From contig JAHRHZ010000062.1 of NCBI GenBank assembly GCA_024137785.1, positions 36,441,424 through 36,505,423 on the forward strand: 64,000 nucleotides of DNA, given 5' to 3'. Position numbers and translations under genes: made by a program. Below, one piece after another: positions 1 through 12,899 of this stretch (within the stretch, counting starts at the first letter, position 1; each line of letters opens with the position of its first letter). The DNA comes from Ginglymostoma cirratum (lineage: Eukaryota). Under the pieces are notes generated by a model that saw only the letters and a program-made list of their open reading frames with translations, did not search any database and was not told the origin of the DNA.

Positions 1-169
1 GAGGTAGATTTTGGGGTGTGTATTGAAGGGAGAAAGCAGGAGCAAAGAGGTGAAGATGACCAGTTTGTGAATTCCAGATCTCAGGGTCTTGACTGCCAAA
101 ATGCCAGTCGCCAATTCTGCAGCCTTCTAAAATTGGGGTGTCTCAAGAGGTGGAATGTTTTGAAAAGGA

Positions 170-1000
170 AGAGAGTGCAGAGAAGTGGTGTGGTCAGGTC
201 ATGAGGAATTTAAAAACAAAGATGAGGAGAATTTTAAACGCAAGCTATTGATGAACTAAAGCAAATGTAGTAAGCACTGCAATGATGGATGAAGTGTGAT
301 TAGTATGAGGTGGAACTACTGTTTCAAAGTTATGGAAGTTATAAAGTGGAAGCTGGCCAGGAGTGCATTGGAATTGCAAAGCCACGAGATGGCCAAGAGA
401 TAGACAAGGGTTTCAAGATTGTGAACAGTCTGGATCAGTTTTAGTATGGGAGAGAGAAGTCGTTCATGAGTTGCTTCAGTCCTTCCAATGTTTTAATTAG
501 AGGCAATTTCTACTGATTCAGTTCCTGTTAGACAAGTAGTCCGACAATTTAGAGAGTAGAAGGTCAAAGATTCACGTATTCATGTAGGAACTAATGATGT
601 GTTTTCGAATTTTGTCTCCAAGTGCCAGCCTGAAGCTGAGAAATGGAAGTGGCTGAGGAGAGTTCCTCTGAGGGACACCTGAGGAAACTCTGAGGGAGTG
701 GGAAGGGAAGCTATTACAGGTGATTCTTTAGCTATGACTGAAGTGGTAAGAAGAGAACCAGGCAAGTTTTAGTCTTGCTTAACTGGAAGACAGCAGAGAA
801 GTGTTGGAGGAGGGCGATGTGGTAAAGCTTGACAGGAGTTGCAGTCAGGTCAAGAAGAAACAGAATGGATAGTATATCTCTGTGACAGCCACATAGGGTG
901 TAATTTATGACTTTGAGATACATTTTGGTTGTAAGGTAGGGAATATTCTATTTAGAGAGATTCAAATGAACTTGTGGCAATGATAGATGCAGATTTGGGG
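170..1000 (-). mobile_element. Degenerate L2-clade LINE reverse transcriptase fragment
   Basis: ORF 732..923 'SILFLLDLTATPVKL..IALLQH' resembles the L2 RT motif LLDLSAAFDTVDH. The reverse complement near 660-685 reads GVPQ. Confidence 0.6.
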
Positions 1001-1384
1001 GCAACGTGTTCAAGGTCTACGGTTTGTTATTGGGAATATTATTTCAGAGAAGCGGAGAGATTGAGAGATTTGATGGAGAGGTGCACAGTGTCTGAGGAGA
1101 GAAAACTATGGAACAATATCAGCTAACAGGAAGGAACGTTGGATGGTTAGTCGTTAGTGGGAATCGCGTCAAGGGAGCAGGATGTGCCCAGAATGATCTA
1201 GAAAAGGACACTGTAGGAGCTCAGAGAGAAACTAGAAAGACAGCCACAAATTCAGAGCTTGGGGATGGAGAAATCTTAAAAGAAGTTTGGCCTGGCAGGC
1301 TCAGGAAAGAAAGGACAGTGGTAATAGGAGTTGAGTGAAACAGAATGCACAAACGGAACTCAATCATCCTCGTAAAGTGAAACA

Positions 1385-1585
1385 AAGAACTGCAGATGCT
1401 GGAGAACTGAAACAAACAAAAACAGAAACTGGTGGAGAAACTCAGCAGGTCTGGCACCGTCAGAGTTAACATTTCAAGTCCAGTGACCCTTCTTCAGAAC
1501 AGTTCTCAAGGAGGGTCTCTGGACTTGAAACCTTAACTCTGCTTTCTCTTCACAGGTGCTGCCAGGCTTGCTGAGTTTTTCCTGA
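1385..1585. mobile_element. Palindromic short Penelope-derived element with two degenerate hammerhead motifs
   Basis: Inverted arms centred at 1500/1501 (gaac-a-gttc). The - arm reads gttCTGAAGAagggtcactggacttGAAAtgttaact. The same terminal module ends the PLE remnant at 12900-13578. Confidence 0.75.
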
Positions 1586-2735
1586 CATATTCAAGTCATA
1601 GGCCTTAATATCCATTCGACAACAGAAGGAAAAGGTGCTCACTTTCATGTTTAAGGCACTGGATGTCAAGGCGTTGAAATGCCACAGCATGGAGAAGTAG
1701 GATGCTTTGCACATTTGAAAGTAGACTGATACAGTGGAATTATTTTCACAAATTGGAATTAAATGGTGCTGCACAGGCTTTCTGGAGACATGAGATTTGA
1801 CATTGAAACAGAAACAGGAGCTGCCAACTCTTCACATTAAATGATTTTGTTTTAGTGCTGCAGGTGGGTCAAGAGGAGCTGTATCTACCAAGCCTCTCTT
1901 TCAGCCTTCCCTAGATGGGTCCTTCCCCAACAACCAATGGATCTTTGACCTCCTCCCTTCTCAACACAGCATTCCCAGTCATGGGCTCTCCGTCTCCACT
2001 TGCAGTCCTCTGTCACCCATTGTCATTTGATCAATTGGCACATGGGAGTTGGATCTACAAGTTATAAACGTGGCCCTGACATTGCGACCCAAAATGTCTC
2101 CATGTCCTGTGTCTGTTTTTGGCCCCATATTCACCGTTCTGAAAAATATTGTGGATTTCTGACTTAATTTTTGCATCAGTCCAGTACAAAATTGTATGTC
2201 TGCATTTCAGGTGTTTCCATTACAAACAGGCTTATATCTTGTAATTCCACTCTTGCAATGATTTTACCTCCACTGGTGAAAAAAGTTAATTATCTCCCGG
2301 CCAGTTTATATAGACAGTTTGTATTATAAATGAAGACTTAGGAACTTTGTGGGGAAGAAATAGGCACAAATACAATGTTTACTATCATAAAACGGATCTT
2401 CCCATGTTTTGTGCATGGAACATTAGGACACAGATTTTAAAATATAGTCATTCAAGATTTAGAACAAATATTCATTAATGTATATATTATACCCCAATAC
2501 ATTTGCAACAATCTTCAGCAAGAGGTTGCAAGTGGATGAGACATTTTGTTCTCCTCCCACCATGAGAGAATTCAATTTCAGCCAATTTAGTTTGGTCTGT
2601 ATAATATTAAGTAATTGCCAGGCTCACTAGCTGCAGAAAATGTTACAAAGCTTGACAGCATCTTACCTCTAGGGCTAAAGATCTTTGCTCCAGAACTAAC
2701 TCTATCTCTAGACAAACTGATCTCGAGAGAAAGCT

Positions 2736-2840
2736 CTTCTGAGGAAGGGTCACCAGATTCGAAATGTTAACTCTGATTTTTTCTTCACAGATGCTGCCAG
2801 ACCTGCTGAGCTTTTCCAGCAACTTCTGTTTTTATTCCAG
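2736..2840 (+). mobile_element. Short Penelope terminal module with degenerate hammerhead motif
   Basis: CTGAGGAagggtcaccagattcGAAAtgttaactctg...cacagatgctgccagacctgctgag; same family as 1385-1585. Confidence 0.75.
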
Positions 2841-2944
2841 TAAAATTGAACTCAGTGGAAATCAAGGGGTGGGGGGGGGGGGGCGGGGCCGGAAAACGCA
2901 CCTCTGCTAAAGCCAAGCTTAGCACAAAGAAAGATAGTGTCATA

Positions 2945-3700
2945 GCAGTACGAAATCAATTATCTTATGTCATTGCAGGTATTTGTCAGGGTAGTGACCC
3001 AGGCCTAATCATCTTCAATTTCTTTATCAACAATCTTCCCTCTATCTTAATGTTGGAATTGAAGATGTTCGCAGATAATACCATCAGGTTCAGTTCCATT
3101 CACAACTCCTCAGATAAAGAATGCCCCCGTCAACGTGACAACATTCAGATGCAAGTTGGTAAAATAGCAAATAAGAGACAACACAGTGTGGAACTGGAGG
3201 AACACAACAGGCCAGGCAGCAGTAGAGGAGCAGGAAAGTTGACCTTTCTTCTGAAATGAAGGGTCCGACCCAAAACGTCAACTTTCCTGCTCCTCTGATG
3301 CTGCCTGGCCTGCTGTGTTCCTCCAGCTCCACACTGTGTTCCTCCAGCTCCACACTGTGTTGTCTCTGACTCCAGCACTGGCAGTTCTTGCTATCTCAAA
3401 ATGGCAAATAACATATTTACTACCCAGGTATCAGACAATGACCACCTTCAACAAGGTTAAGTTCAATCACATCCTCTTGGCATTCAATTGTATTAACATT
3501 GCCAAATCTCATCCACATCTGGGGGTCACCATTGACTATGTATAACAATTACTATATAGTTATATAATGCTATTAAATACTTGTCTAAAATAGCAGGTTG
3601 GAGAAACTGCATATTCTACAGCAAATGACACACCCCTCGATTCCACAAGCCTTTCCACATCAACAAGGCACAAGTCAAGAGTGAAATGAAAATAAATGCC
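2945..3700 (+). mobile_element. Degenerate CR1/L2-group LINE RT fragment interrupted by a palindromic insertion
   Basis: ORF 2846..3259 'AGICQGSDPGLIIFNFFINNLPS...MFADNT' is RT domain 4-5 like. Same family as 30710-32545. Confidence 0.7.
3175..3397. mobile_element. Palindromic Penelope-derived insertion with 14-bp target-site duplication
   Basis: Inverted arms at about 3174-3243 and 3277-3367, with central ctgaaatgaagggtccgacccaaaacgtca. Flanks are aaaatagcaaataa (3161-3174) and aaaatggcaaataa (3398-3411). Confidence 0.75.
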
Positions 3701-3809
3701 TGATCTTATTAACTCATTCATTTGTCACTTTATTACAGCAAAAACCAAAGTGGTTATTTTATCATTTTCTGAAATAGAAGTCATTTTAGCACTTTTTACC
3801 CTTTTAGAA

Positions 3810-4152
3810 GGCCATGGTGGCTCAGTGGTCAGCCTTGCTGCCTCACAGCACCAGGGACCCAGGTTCAATTCCACCCTCAGGCAACTGTCTGTGTGGAGTT
3901 TGCATGTTCTCCCTGTGTTTGCATGGATTTCCACTGGGTTTCCCGGTTTCCTCCCACAGCCCAACGCTGTGCAAGTTAGATGCATTGGCGATGCTAAATT
4001 GCCCGTAGTGTTCAGGGATGTGTAGGTTAAATGTGTTAGCCATGGGAAATGTAGGGTTACAGGGAAAGGGTAGAGGGATGGGTGTGGGTGGGATACTCTT
4101 CGGAGGGTCATTGTTGGGCTGAATGGCCTGTTTCCACATTGTATGGATTCTA
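3810..4152 (+). mobile_element. HE1-type V-SINE (tRNA-derived)
   Basis: A box tggctcagtgg, B box ggttcaattcc, V-domain gtgtggagtttgcatgttctccc, CR1-like tail gcctgtttccacattgtatggattcta. Confidence 0.9.
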
Positions 4153-4256
4153 AAATGGTGTATAATTTAAACCATTTGCAGCAAGATAGCCCAAGACTCA
4201 ACTCAGTAGAAAACTTCCACATTTGATTCAGTAGTGTTTTGGTAAATCAATGAACG

Positions 4257-4646
4257 ATAGCTCAGGTCATAGCATTTCCTCTCTTGATACAGAATGTTCC
4301 AGTTTTAGTCACACTCCCAGAACCAGAGCACAAAAATAAAAGTTGATACTCCAGCGCAGTACTGATAGAGTACTGCGCTGTCAGACATGCTGCCTTCGGA
4401 CAAGACTTTAAACCAAAGCCCTATCTGCTCTGTCAGATAGAAGTAAATAACCCTTGGCATTATTTCAGAGAAGAGCAGGAGAGTTAAATATTTATCTGAT
4501 TGTATGGTCATTATTATATTGCTGTTTGTGGAAGTTGGCGGTGTACAAATCAGTTGCTACTTTATATACAGTACAATAGTGATTATGCTTCAAAAGGAAC
4601 TTCATTAACGGTAAAGTAATTTAAGCCATCTAGTGATCATGAAAGA
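4257..4646 (+). mobile_element. DeuSINE (SacSINE1/AmnSINE1-like), degenerate
   Basis: Contains ctccagcgcagtactga, ttaaaccaaagccctatctg, gaagagcagg and ggtcattattatattgctgtttgtgg, matching my recollection of the Deu domain and tail. Confidence 0.7.
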
Positions 4647-4899
4647 GCAGTTAGGAATAAGCAATAAATGCTGATGTAGCTAGTGATGCCTATATACTAT
4701 GAAAGAATTTTTTAAAAAATGCATGTCTTGAAAGATCAAACTGGGCAACAAACACTGAGACTGTAAAGAAGCTGTTCCAATTTTTACTGTAGAAGCTCTT
4801 ATAGCTCATTTCTATGTTTCTTGCAAGTTTGCTTTTATAATCTACTTTTCCATTCTTAATCAAACTCTTAGTCCTCCTTTATTGAATTCAAGTACGTCA

Positions 4900-5370
4900 G
4901 TATCAGCAACTGAAGGTAGACCCACCCATGATGGTGCATTGGAATGAACAAGAGGATTATAAGACTGAAGGAAATTACAAGATATGAAGAAGCAAGGCCA
5001 GGAGGGATGTAAAAAATAGGGATAAGAACTTTAAAATCAAGACGTTGTTTGATTGGAAGCCAATAATGCACAGGACTAATAGGGAATTTGGATTGCTGCA
5101 AGATACAGATGTGTCGGTTTTTCGATTACTTCACGTTTCTGGAGAGTAGAATGTAAAACACCAACCAGGAATCTTTTGCAATGGTGGAGTGTGAGGTAAC
5201 AAAAGCAGGGTTTCAGCAGCAGATCAGCTGAGGCTGGAGACCCCTCAGAGACAAAGGTTCCCCTAAATGATACAAAGGTCCAAATGGTGATCTTACAAAT
5301 GACAAAAATATAAACTCATCTTAGGATCAAATGTGACACCAAGATTGTAAACAGACTGATTTATGTTGCC
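4900..5370 (-). mobile_element. L2 LINE ORF2 C-terminal fragment
   Basis: ORF 4868..5101 'HYWLPIKQRLDFKVLI...GLASSYL' resembles the L2 C-terminal LHWLPV..RI.FK...GLAPSYL. Confidence 0.7.
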
Positions 5371-5872
5371 AGGGATACATTACAACTTTAAGGTTCACCA
5401 ATTATGTCACTCATAGGTATGAGAGATAACACACTAGGCACACCCAGATCCTTTGAAATACACAAAAAGGAACCTCCATTCTTCCACGACAAGTTGAGTC
5501 TAAAGTACTTGTTTGACACCAAGACTATACAAGGATCAAAGTTCAATCATAAAGCAATAAAGCAAAAGGTTTCAGTCAATAAAGTAACATATGGTAATTC
5601 ATTTTGTGCTGTGTTGTTAACCGCTGTACAAAGTGGCAGAACAGCTGCTGCCAGAACAATCTCAATCTTCAAACATTTCGATAGTAATTGTTATGATCCT
5701 TGAGCAGACTACTAATTTATGTCACTGGATAGGAATCATTCATGTTTTCTTTCAAAATGTTAACAAATTGTGTGATCCCAGGTACTTAGAAGAAAATAAA
5801 GTCACAAGATAATGGTTTTGAATGAACCTAAACTTCCTTGTACAACATTAGACTATTAACATGATCGGAAAT

Positions 5873-6072
5873 GCAAGTCGTTATAGTCCTGAAGGATCAC
5901 AGACTGTTCTGTCATTGGACAGACACATAATTGGTGGTGAGTTTAGCCTAAAGGGCACCATGCCTCGGGCAAGGGATGCAGCTGAGAAGGTGTGGCCCTC
6001 ATGGTGACTCAGCCAGTGCCTGCACTGTTGATATCATTCTACATTGCAAACCATCTGTTCAGCCAACTAACC
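5873..6072 (-). mobile_element. tRNA-derived SINE (same family as 7960-8290)
   Basis: Shares the blocks ggtggtgagtttagcctaaaggg and ttgcaaa..agccaact with 8135-8290. Confidence 0.6.
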
Positions 6073-6414
6073 CCCAATCTACAACATATCTGCAATTTAT
6101 AGTCTAACATCCAAAGTTAACCGGAGGTAAATACAGGTAATAGAGACACTATGGTGAAACATCCCAAAGAGCGCATTAAATGGCAAATGCAGTCAAGACA
6201 GATTGCACAGATTTCTTAGCCACCCCACTGATGTTAGTGCCACTGTGGGCCATCAAATCTCATGAAATGTTCCAAGAGATTCCAATTTCTTTTTGAAATA
6301 ATGAGCTTCAGAAACCCCTTTCTTACTACTTGATCACAGACAGGTCACGTTCTGACTATCCACCTTCCTTTCCTTTGCCCTCAACACTTGGAAACTGCAC
6401 TCCAGCTAAAAAAA

Positions 6415-6975
6415 ATAGGTGTGAAAATAGGCCATTCAATAATATCATGGCTGGTCTGATAATCTTCAGCTTCACTTTCCTGCCTTATCCTCACAATCCT
6501 TAATTCACTTTGCTGACTAAAAATCTGTCTATCTCAGCCTTGAATATACTTAACGATTCAGCCTCAATAGCCCTCTGCAATAAAGAATTCCACAGATTGA
6601 GACTGCACTCTGAAATAAATTTCTGCTCATGTCTTAAATAGGTGACCCCTTACTCTGAGATTTTACCCGCTGGTCCTAGACTGTCCCACATGGGGAAACA
6701 ACCTCTCCACATCTACATTGTTCAAGACCCCTAAGAATCTTACATGTTTCAATAAGGTCCCTTCTCATTCGTCTGAACTCCGGTAAGTACAAGCCCATCG
6801 TACGCAACCTCTCCTCATTAGAAAGTTTCTCCACACCCAGAATCAATGTAGTAAACCTTCCATGGAATGCTGCCAGAGCCAGTATATCTTCGCATACATA
6901 AAGGGATCAAAACTGTTCACACTATTCCAGATGGTCTAATTGGTTCCTCGTACGGTTTTAGCAAGACACCCCCTA
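6415..6975 (-). mobile_element. CR1 LINE 3' fragment
   Basis: aggccattc..catggctggtctg..gaattccacagatt; similar to 19570-20020 and 59105-60120. Confidence 0.75.
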
Positions 6976-7959
6976 TTTTTATAGTATATTACTCTTCCTC
7001 TCAGACAAAATCCAGCTTTTCACAAACAGCTGGCTTCACCAAACTGGTACTGCCCCTTGATTTTCTTTCTACTGAGTTCAGACCTAGCTTAGTCACATTA
7101 AGTGTGATCCTGCTAGTCAGCTTTCAACCAATCCCCCACCAACTCTGTGCTCTACTAAATTCTCAATAGCACACAGCTTCTTCTGAGCCCTGACAACTTC
7201 CAAGATTTTCCTGAGCCATAAACCCAAAACTTAGCTGCACCTCCTGGCTTCCCAGTCTTTTCCTCAGTCCTAACTGCTTGGAGTCTGCTACAGCAGCTGT
7301 TTTTCAGAATTAAGTTTCTTCTCCTTGCTAAAGTACTTGACTAACCAGGAGCCTGAAGGTAATAATTCTGTCCTCTGGCTGTCTCCATCCGACCGACTGT
7401 TCAATAACGCCTGGGTACTTTTACATGTCTTTTTGCATGACTTTAGTTCCAAGTTCCTAGGCAGAATTGAATGTAACTATTATTTTTAGAACAGGCAAAT
7501 GTAGCAAATTGTTGGAACTCTCTGTTCCTTCCCTATTATAATTTTTGCAGATTGCTGGTTCACATAGTACAAGTGGATACAAAAAGAGGATTTCATCAGA
7601 GCATTAGAAATGCATAACTAACCTGCATGATGAAGTTAATTGTGTTGAATGCTTCTTCAGTTTTAGAGATAGCATCATAATGTGCTCAATTTGTACTGAT
7701 GGGTGAATTTGAGAGTGGTACTTTCAAAAGGATAAGAGTTTTTGTGCTGCAGTGGGCAGCATCTGAGCCAGAACTCTTGAGTTCAAATCTCAACCTAGGA
7801 CTACATGGGTGAAGAAGGTATAATCAAACAGATAGAGTATCAAGCTGAAAATTCTGGTTATTCCAGATTTTTGATCCACAAACCTGCAATAACCTACAAC
7901 TAAGCTACAATATTAACATACACCAAAATATTGCACACTGAAACCTATACATTAGTAGT

Positions 7960-8290
7960 AGTAGATGCCAAAGTCCCAGAGGATTTTAGGTCAGCTCTCC
8001 CATTACAGAAAGAGAGCAAGAGCGAGAGAGAGAGAGAGAGGGGAAGTGAGGGAGGGGGAGCGAGAGAGGGAGAGCGAGAGGGAGAAACAGAGCAAGAGAC
8101 AGAGCGAGAGAGAGGTAGAGAGTGAGAGAAGGGGGACTGGTAGTGAGCTTAACCTGAGGGTCCCCATGCCTCCAGTGAAGCATGAGATCTTGATGGTGGG
8201 ACCATCACGGTAAACTTAGCCAGTCCACAAGTGAATCCACACTTTTGGTGTCACTATGTATTGCAAATCAACTGTCCAGCCAACTGAGCA
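7960..8290 (-). mobile_element. tRNA-derived SINE with expanded internal (GA)-rich tract
   Basis: Flanks align with 5873-6072; purine tract at 8006-8136. Confidence 0.6.
8006..8136. repeat. Imperfect (GA)n polypurine microsatellite
   Basis: Seen directly; it generates the spurious ERERE ORFs. Confidence 0.9.
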
Positions 8291-9756
8291 GCTTTCCCCG
8301 TTGATAGCTGTAGATATTTTTAATTAATCTGTTATGGCATGTGATGTCACACCTTTGGATCATTGAAACTTGAACACTGGCCTTCTGGTCCAGAGATAGG
8401 AATATTACCACTGCACCAAAGCCCCCTGACAGTGTCATATTACTGCTGTACATCTTGTTTTTTCTTGATGACTCACTGAAAATAGAATCATGCTTTTTTT
8501 AAGCAGTCAAATGTAACTACGTTTTCATGGATTTTATATTTTGGATCAATTGTGTAAATTCGCATTCTAGACTACTGCATGCCGAATTTGAGTGTCCCTC
8601 TGTATCTGTAAATCACATAGCAGGGGACAAAGGGTGGAAAGTTGTGTAGGCAGTGCAGCAGAGCCAGTAAAATTCCTCACATCCTCAACTGTGTGATGGT
8701 GGAATGGATATAAAAAGCCAGGACAGGGCTCTCAGTCAACACATGCCCTCTCTGATGGCCCTAAATCAGACACAGACTGTCTTTAAATGAGGGACGATCT
8801 CCCCCACCAACAAATGTCTGCATTCACATGAGTTTACTTGTCTTTCTTTTCACTTGGGAAGCTCCCTACTGAGTTAACGGGATCGGATGCGGTCCTGAAA
8901 TGACTATCAATTTCCCACTTAAGATATTCAATTGGCAGCAGAACAGAAAGGTTGTCCACAGGCTTTCCCACTGCAGACTGGAGTGAGGGTGAAGGAAAAA
9001 GTGTTGGTGAGGTCTCAATCCCCCATCCTCCCATTGGTTAAACTCCCACCACCAAACAACCCATGGAGTGGACAGAAGGTTCCACCCAATATGTGAAAAG
9101 GGAGTAAAATTGCTAGAGGTACGGCAGGTCATTCAGCATCTGTAGAAACATTGTAAGGGTGTGTTCAAGGGTGTGTTTTTTAGCCAAAGGTAGAAGCATT
9201 TGTTGTCTTTCAATTATAGTCCTGTCCTCAAAGCCAAAACAATGACAACATGACAATGCATATCAGTATCAGAAAGACTGGGAAAGGAGAAAAAGCACAA
9301 CTGATTGAATCACAGAAAAAGAAACGCAAGTTAAAGGAATCTGCTTAGCAGCAAAGATAAAATAAAAGTATGATATAACTGGGGAAACAGCCATTACAGG
9401 TCTAAAATAATAACTGAAATGATAAAAACAGATACTGGGCATATCACTTGTGTAAGGAATTTTTAAAAAATGTCAACAATCTCACTCACTTGGTAAAAAT
9501 GTAATCTGGCAAAGGATCTACACCTAGAATTTCAATCCACTTCGGTGCAGACAGGTTCACCTCAATTCACTATCACCTGTTTGAAAGGCAATGAGGACAG
9601 ATAAGGTTTAACCTCAGATCACAGTGCTGAGGAGACATCAAGAGGCCCTGAAGCAATTGCCTGGTTTACAGCGATGGGACACAGTTCCCAGGGACACGTG
9701 GCAGTAAGCTATAGGCATACAGCTTATTATTTCCCATCGGGACTCTCCTCAAGAGC

Positions 9757-9930
9757 AAACAGAAATTGCTGGAGAAGCTCAAGATAAACCCTTCTTCAGA
9801 ACTATTACTGGACCTGAAATGTTAACTCTGCTTTCTCTCCACAAATGCTGCCAGAACTGCTGAGTTTCTCAAGTAATTTCTGGTTTTTTCCCCCAGATTT
9901 CCAGCATCCCCCAGTTCTTTGTTTTATTTC
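9757..9930. mobile_element. Degenerate palindromic Penelope terminal module
   Basis: cccttcttcagaact followed by ctggacctgaaatgttaactctg..tgctgccagaactgctgag. Confidence 0.7.
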
Positions 9931-12899
9931 CTCAAGCACTGTTCCCAACCAAGTGTTTGGAACTGGACCATTGTTCCTAAAACTTGACATCACACAGTAA
10001 TCATGCAAAAATGGAAGCAAGTACTGCATGGTTACAAGCTACACGGGATGTTTATGCACATTAAACTAATTTCCTTCCCAAACTGCCACTGACAACTCAT
10101 TTGTATGATCAATATTTTCTGTTTCTCATTGTACATTGTTAGTTCTTCCAGATTATTGACAGACTAATCTACTATTCTTTCCTTCCTCAAATCTATTGTA
10201 TCATATTGGATTATAATTTAATTAGCAACAGGATTGTCACTCTTCTTGATGTTTGAACTTTGACAGGGAGTGTCAGCAAGCAGTGATAAATCAATAATGG
10301 AAAGGAGGGAGGATCTCAGGAAAATCACAATCACCAGAGAAATAATGTTGTATAAATTGTTAGAGCTGTGAGCTGTCAAGTGCCTGGGTCCTGATGGACT
10401 TCATCTTTGGGTCCTAAAATAAGTGGCCAGTGAGATAATTGATAGCTGAAACAGAAAAAGAAATGTAACATATAATGCGGGGGATAGCTATCTCCCTTTC
10501 TCACAGAAAGTCACTTCTTGCAGAATTCTTGTGATTTGCCTTCCAGGAATATGCAAAAAAAAGTTACAAGCTGACTTTGACACTAAATCGTATGCATTAT
10601 TGGCCGAATGTGACGAATGTGATTTCAGGCTCATACCTCTGAAGACAGCTATTTAAACACCTCAACCCTGCAGGTAAAAGAAAGGGAAAAGATATTCCCT
10701 CAGTCTGCGTTCTGCTGAAAGGAACCAGGACAAAAGAGTTTTAGTCTACTGACAAAGCTAAAAATTTCAAAATTGACATTTTAATTACCACGATCATCGC
10801 TACTGCTATGAACAAAACACTCCACAATCCACTCTTCATGAACCATTCAGAAAGTGATTGTTGTATTGTTTTAAAACCTTTTCATTTGTTAGACTCACCT
10901 TTTATTTTATTGTGTGTGTATGTATGTACGTATGTCTGGTGCACTACTTTTTTTTCTCATGTTTTAGTGCTTAATGAACTCACTCTTTGCTATTTAAGAA
11001 CACTCAGTTAAATTTAAAACATAAATTAATTTGGGTTTGGGAGAAAGCTCGGGATCCTTTTTTGAAATTAATCTTTCGTGACTAACTGAGAGAAGAAACA
11101 AGGGGAGCCAATTGACCATGGTGGGGGGCGGTGTGGGAGGTGCTTTGAAGTGTCCTGTCTAGAATAAATTAGCAAATTGGGGAATATTGCCTAGGAATTG
11201 CTCAGAACTCTAATGAGCTGTCTGCCTGAAACAGGGCAAAAAGGAAAAAAGGCAGCTGGTTGAGGAGTAGAAGAGGTCAGATGTGTGATTAAAGAAGTTT
11301 GGGTGGCTTCAGTGGTATTCCTTTATAGCTGGTTGCTACAGACCATCCTTTCCTAAGGTATGGGGAAGGATGTTTAAAGATGGTCACAAAAGATGCAAGA
11401 AAGAATGTGGCAGACAGAGGAACAGTCCTATTCTTCCTGTATGGACAAAGGAAATATTACAATTTGTGCTTTTCTGTTGTTATGCCCAGTCCCCAACTCC
11501 CTTATTCATTTTGATCCTAGTTGAGGAACTTGCTCCGCATGTCTGTTCAACCAACTTGTACTGTTGGTTGTAACAAGGTTAACTTAAAGCAAAAAGGTCT
11601 GTTCCTTCATGGAAAACTTTCTAAGTTCCAATCCAGTGATGTTTTAAAAGGAGCCAATTTAACCAGAGCTTCTCAAATTAAAGGAAGTGTGTTTTTTAAT
11701 TACTAAAACATACAGGAAAAATAAACTGCAACACAGACACAGACAATAGAAATGAGGAGTAAAAATATAACAGTTTAAAAAAAAATTGAATCATTCTTTG
11801 ATATATCTGTGTGCAGTAGATGGTGAATTGTCGCACCGTTAAGATGGGTGATTCCAGTGGCATTGACTCTGGAAGTTAAGCAGTTATTTTGGGGAATCTG
11901 AGCCCTGCAGATGAGCAAAACATTGTCCCCTATGCTGACCAACTATGACTTTTGAATGATGGCTTGCTCCCTGCAATCAGAGAGAGCGAGAGACACACAG
12001 AGAGAGAAACTTAGTTCCTTTTCTTTTGACATGCAAGCACAGGAATGTTTTGTGGATGTTCCCAGTTATAACCTTCACAGCACACTAGAATCTCAGGCTG
12101 GCACACCAACACTGGATTAGCACATTATGTGAGAGCTACAGTTAGTTTCGAAGCCATTTTCTAGTCTATTTCTGGCAGGGAAAAACATGGGTAAGCATTT
12201 TTCCCCAGATTATTATAGCTCACATTATGCGAAAAGTCTCAAAGGAGATGGTTCAGATTTTTGCATTGTATCTCTTGCTTAAAAATGTCATTTTGAAAAT
12301 CCTAGGCACTATTCTAGCTGCAACATTTATGGTCTTGTCTCAAGACTGAGTGCAATTCATGATGGAATTTTTGCCATCTTTTGAATTGCATTTTCAGCCA
12401 TCTTTAGCTTTATGACCTTTGCTTTTAAATGAAACCTGTCTCACTGAATGGTTCAGGTAACCCTAAGAAATTTGGTTGTGAACTGTTTGCATGAAATGGT
12501 TAGAGAGGACCATAACTTTCTGTGTGAATGCCAGAGGAGCACAAATGCTTTTCTTGAAACTAAAAAGGACTTTCTGTCTACAAAGTTATTTCAGCCTGGT
12601 GGGATAGTCATAGAGGTTTTCTCACAGGCTCCAGTTTTCAGATTATCTGATGTAGTGAAACTTCAAATTTTATTAGGGTAAATGCTGGAAACCTGAAACA
12701 AATGCAGATTGTGTCCAAATTACATAAATGTGTTCGGTGGGGGTCATCATTCACCTTCAGAAATCTAGGAGATATAATGAACAATCTTGATCAAAGCATT
12801 ATGAAGAGGTAATTAACTTCCTCTTAAAATGTCTATCCACCTGGTTTCCACTGGGGGTGTAGGGTAAAATCAACCCGCATGTCTTTTGCTGGAACAGTC

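Noticed and set aside
3696-4222. ORFs of 64-165 aa, with similar ones at 20053-20526 and 55926-56379
   Set aside because: Chance frames through HE1 SINEs.
7931-8213. ORFs encoding ERERE-rich peptides
   Set aside because: They are translations of a (GA)n tract.
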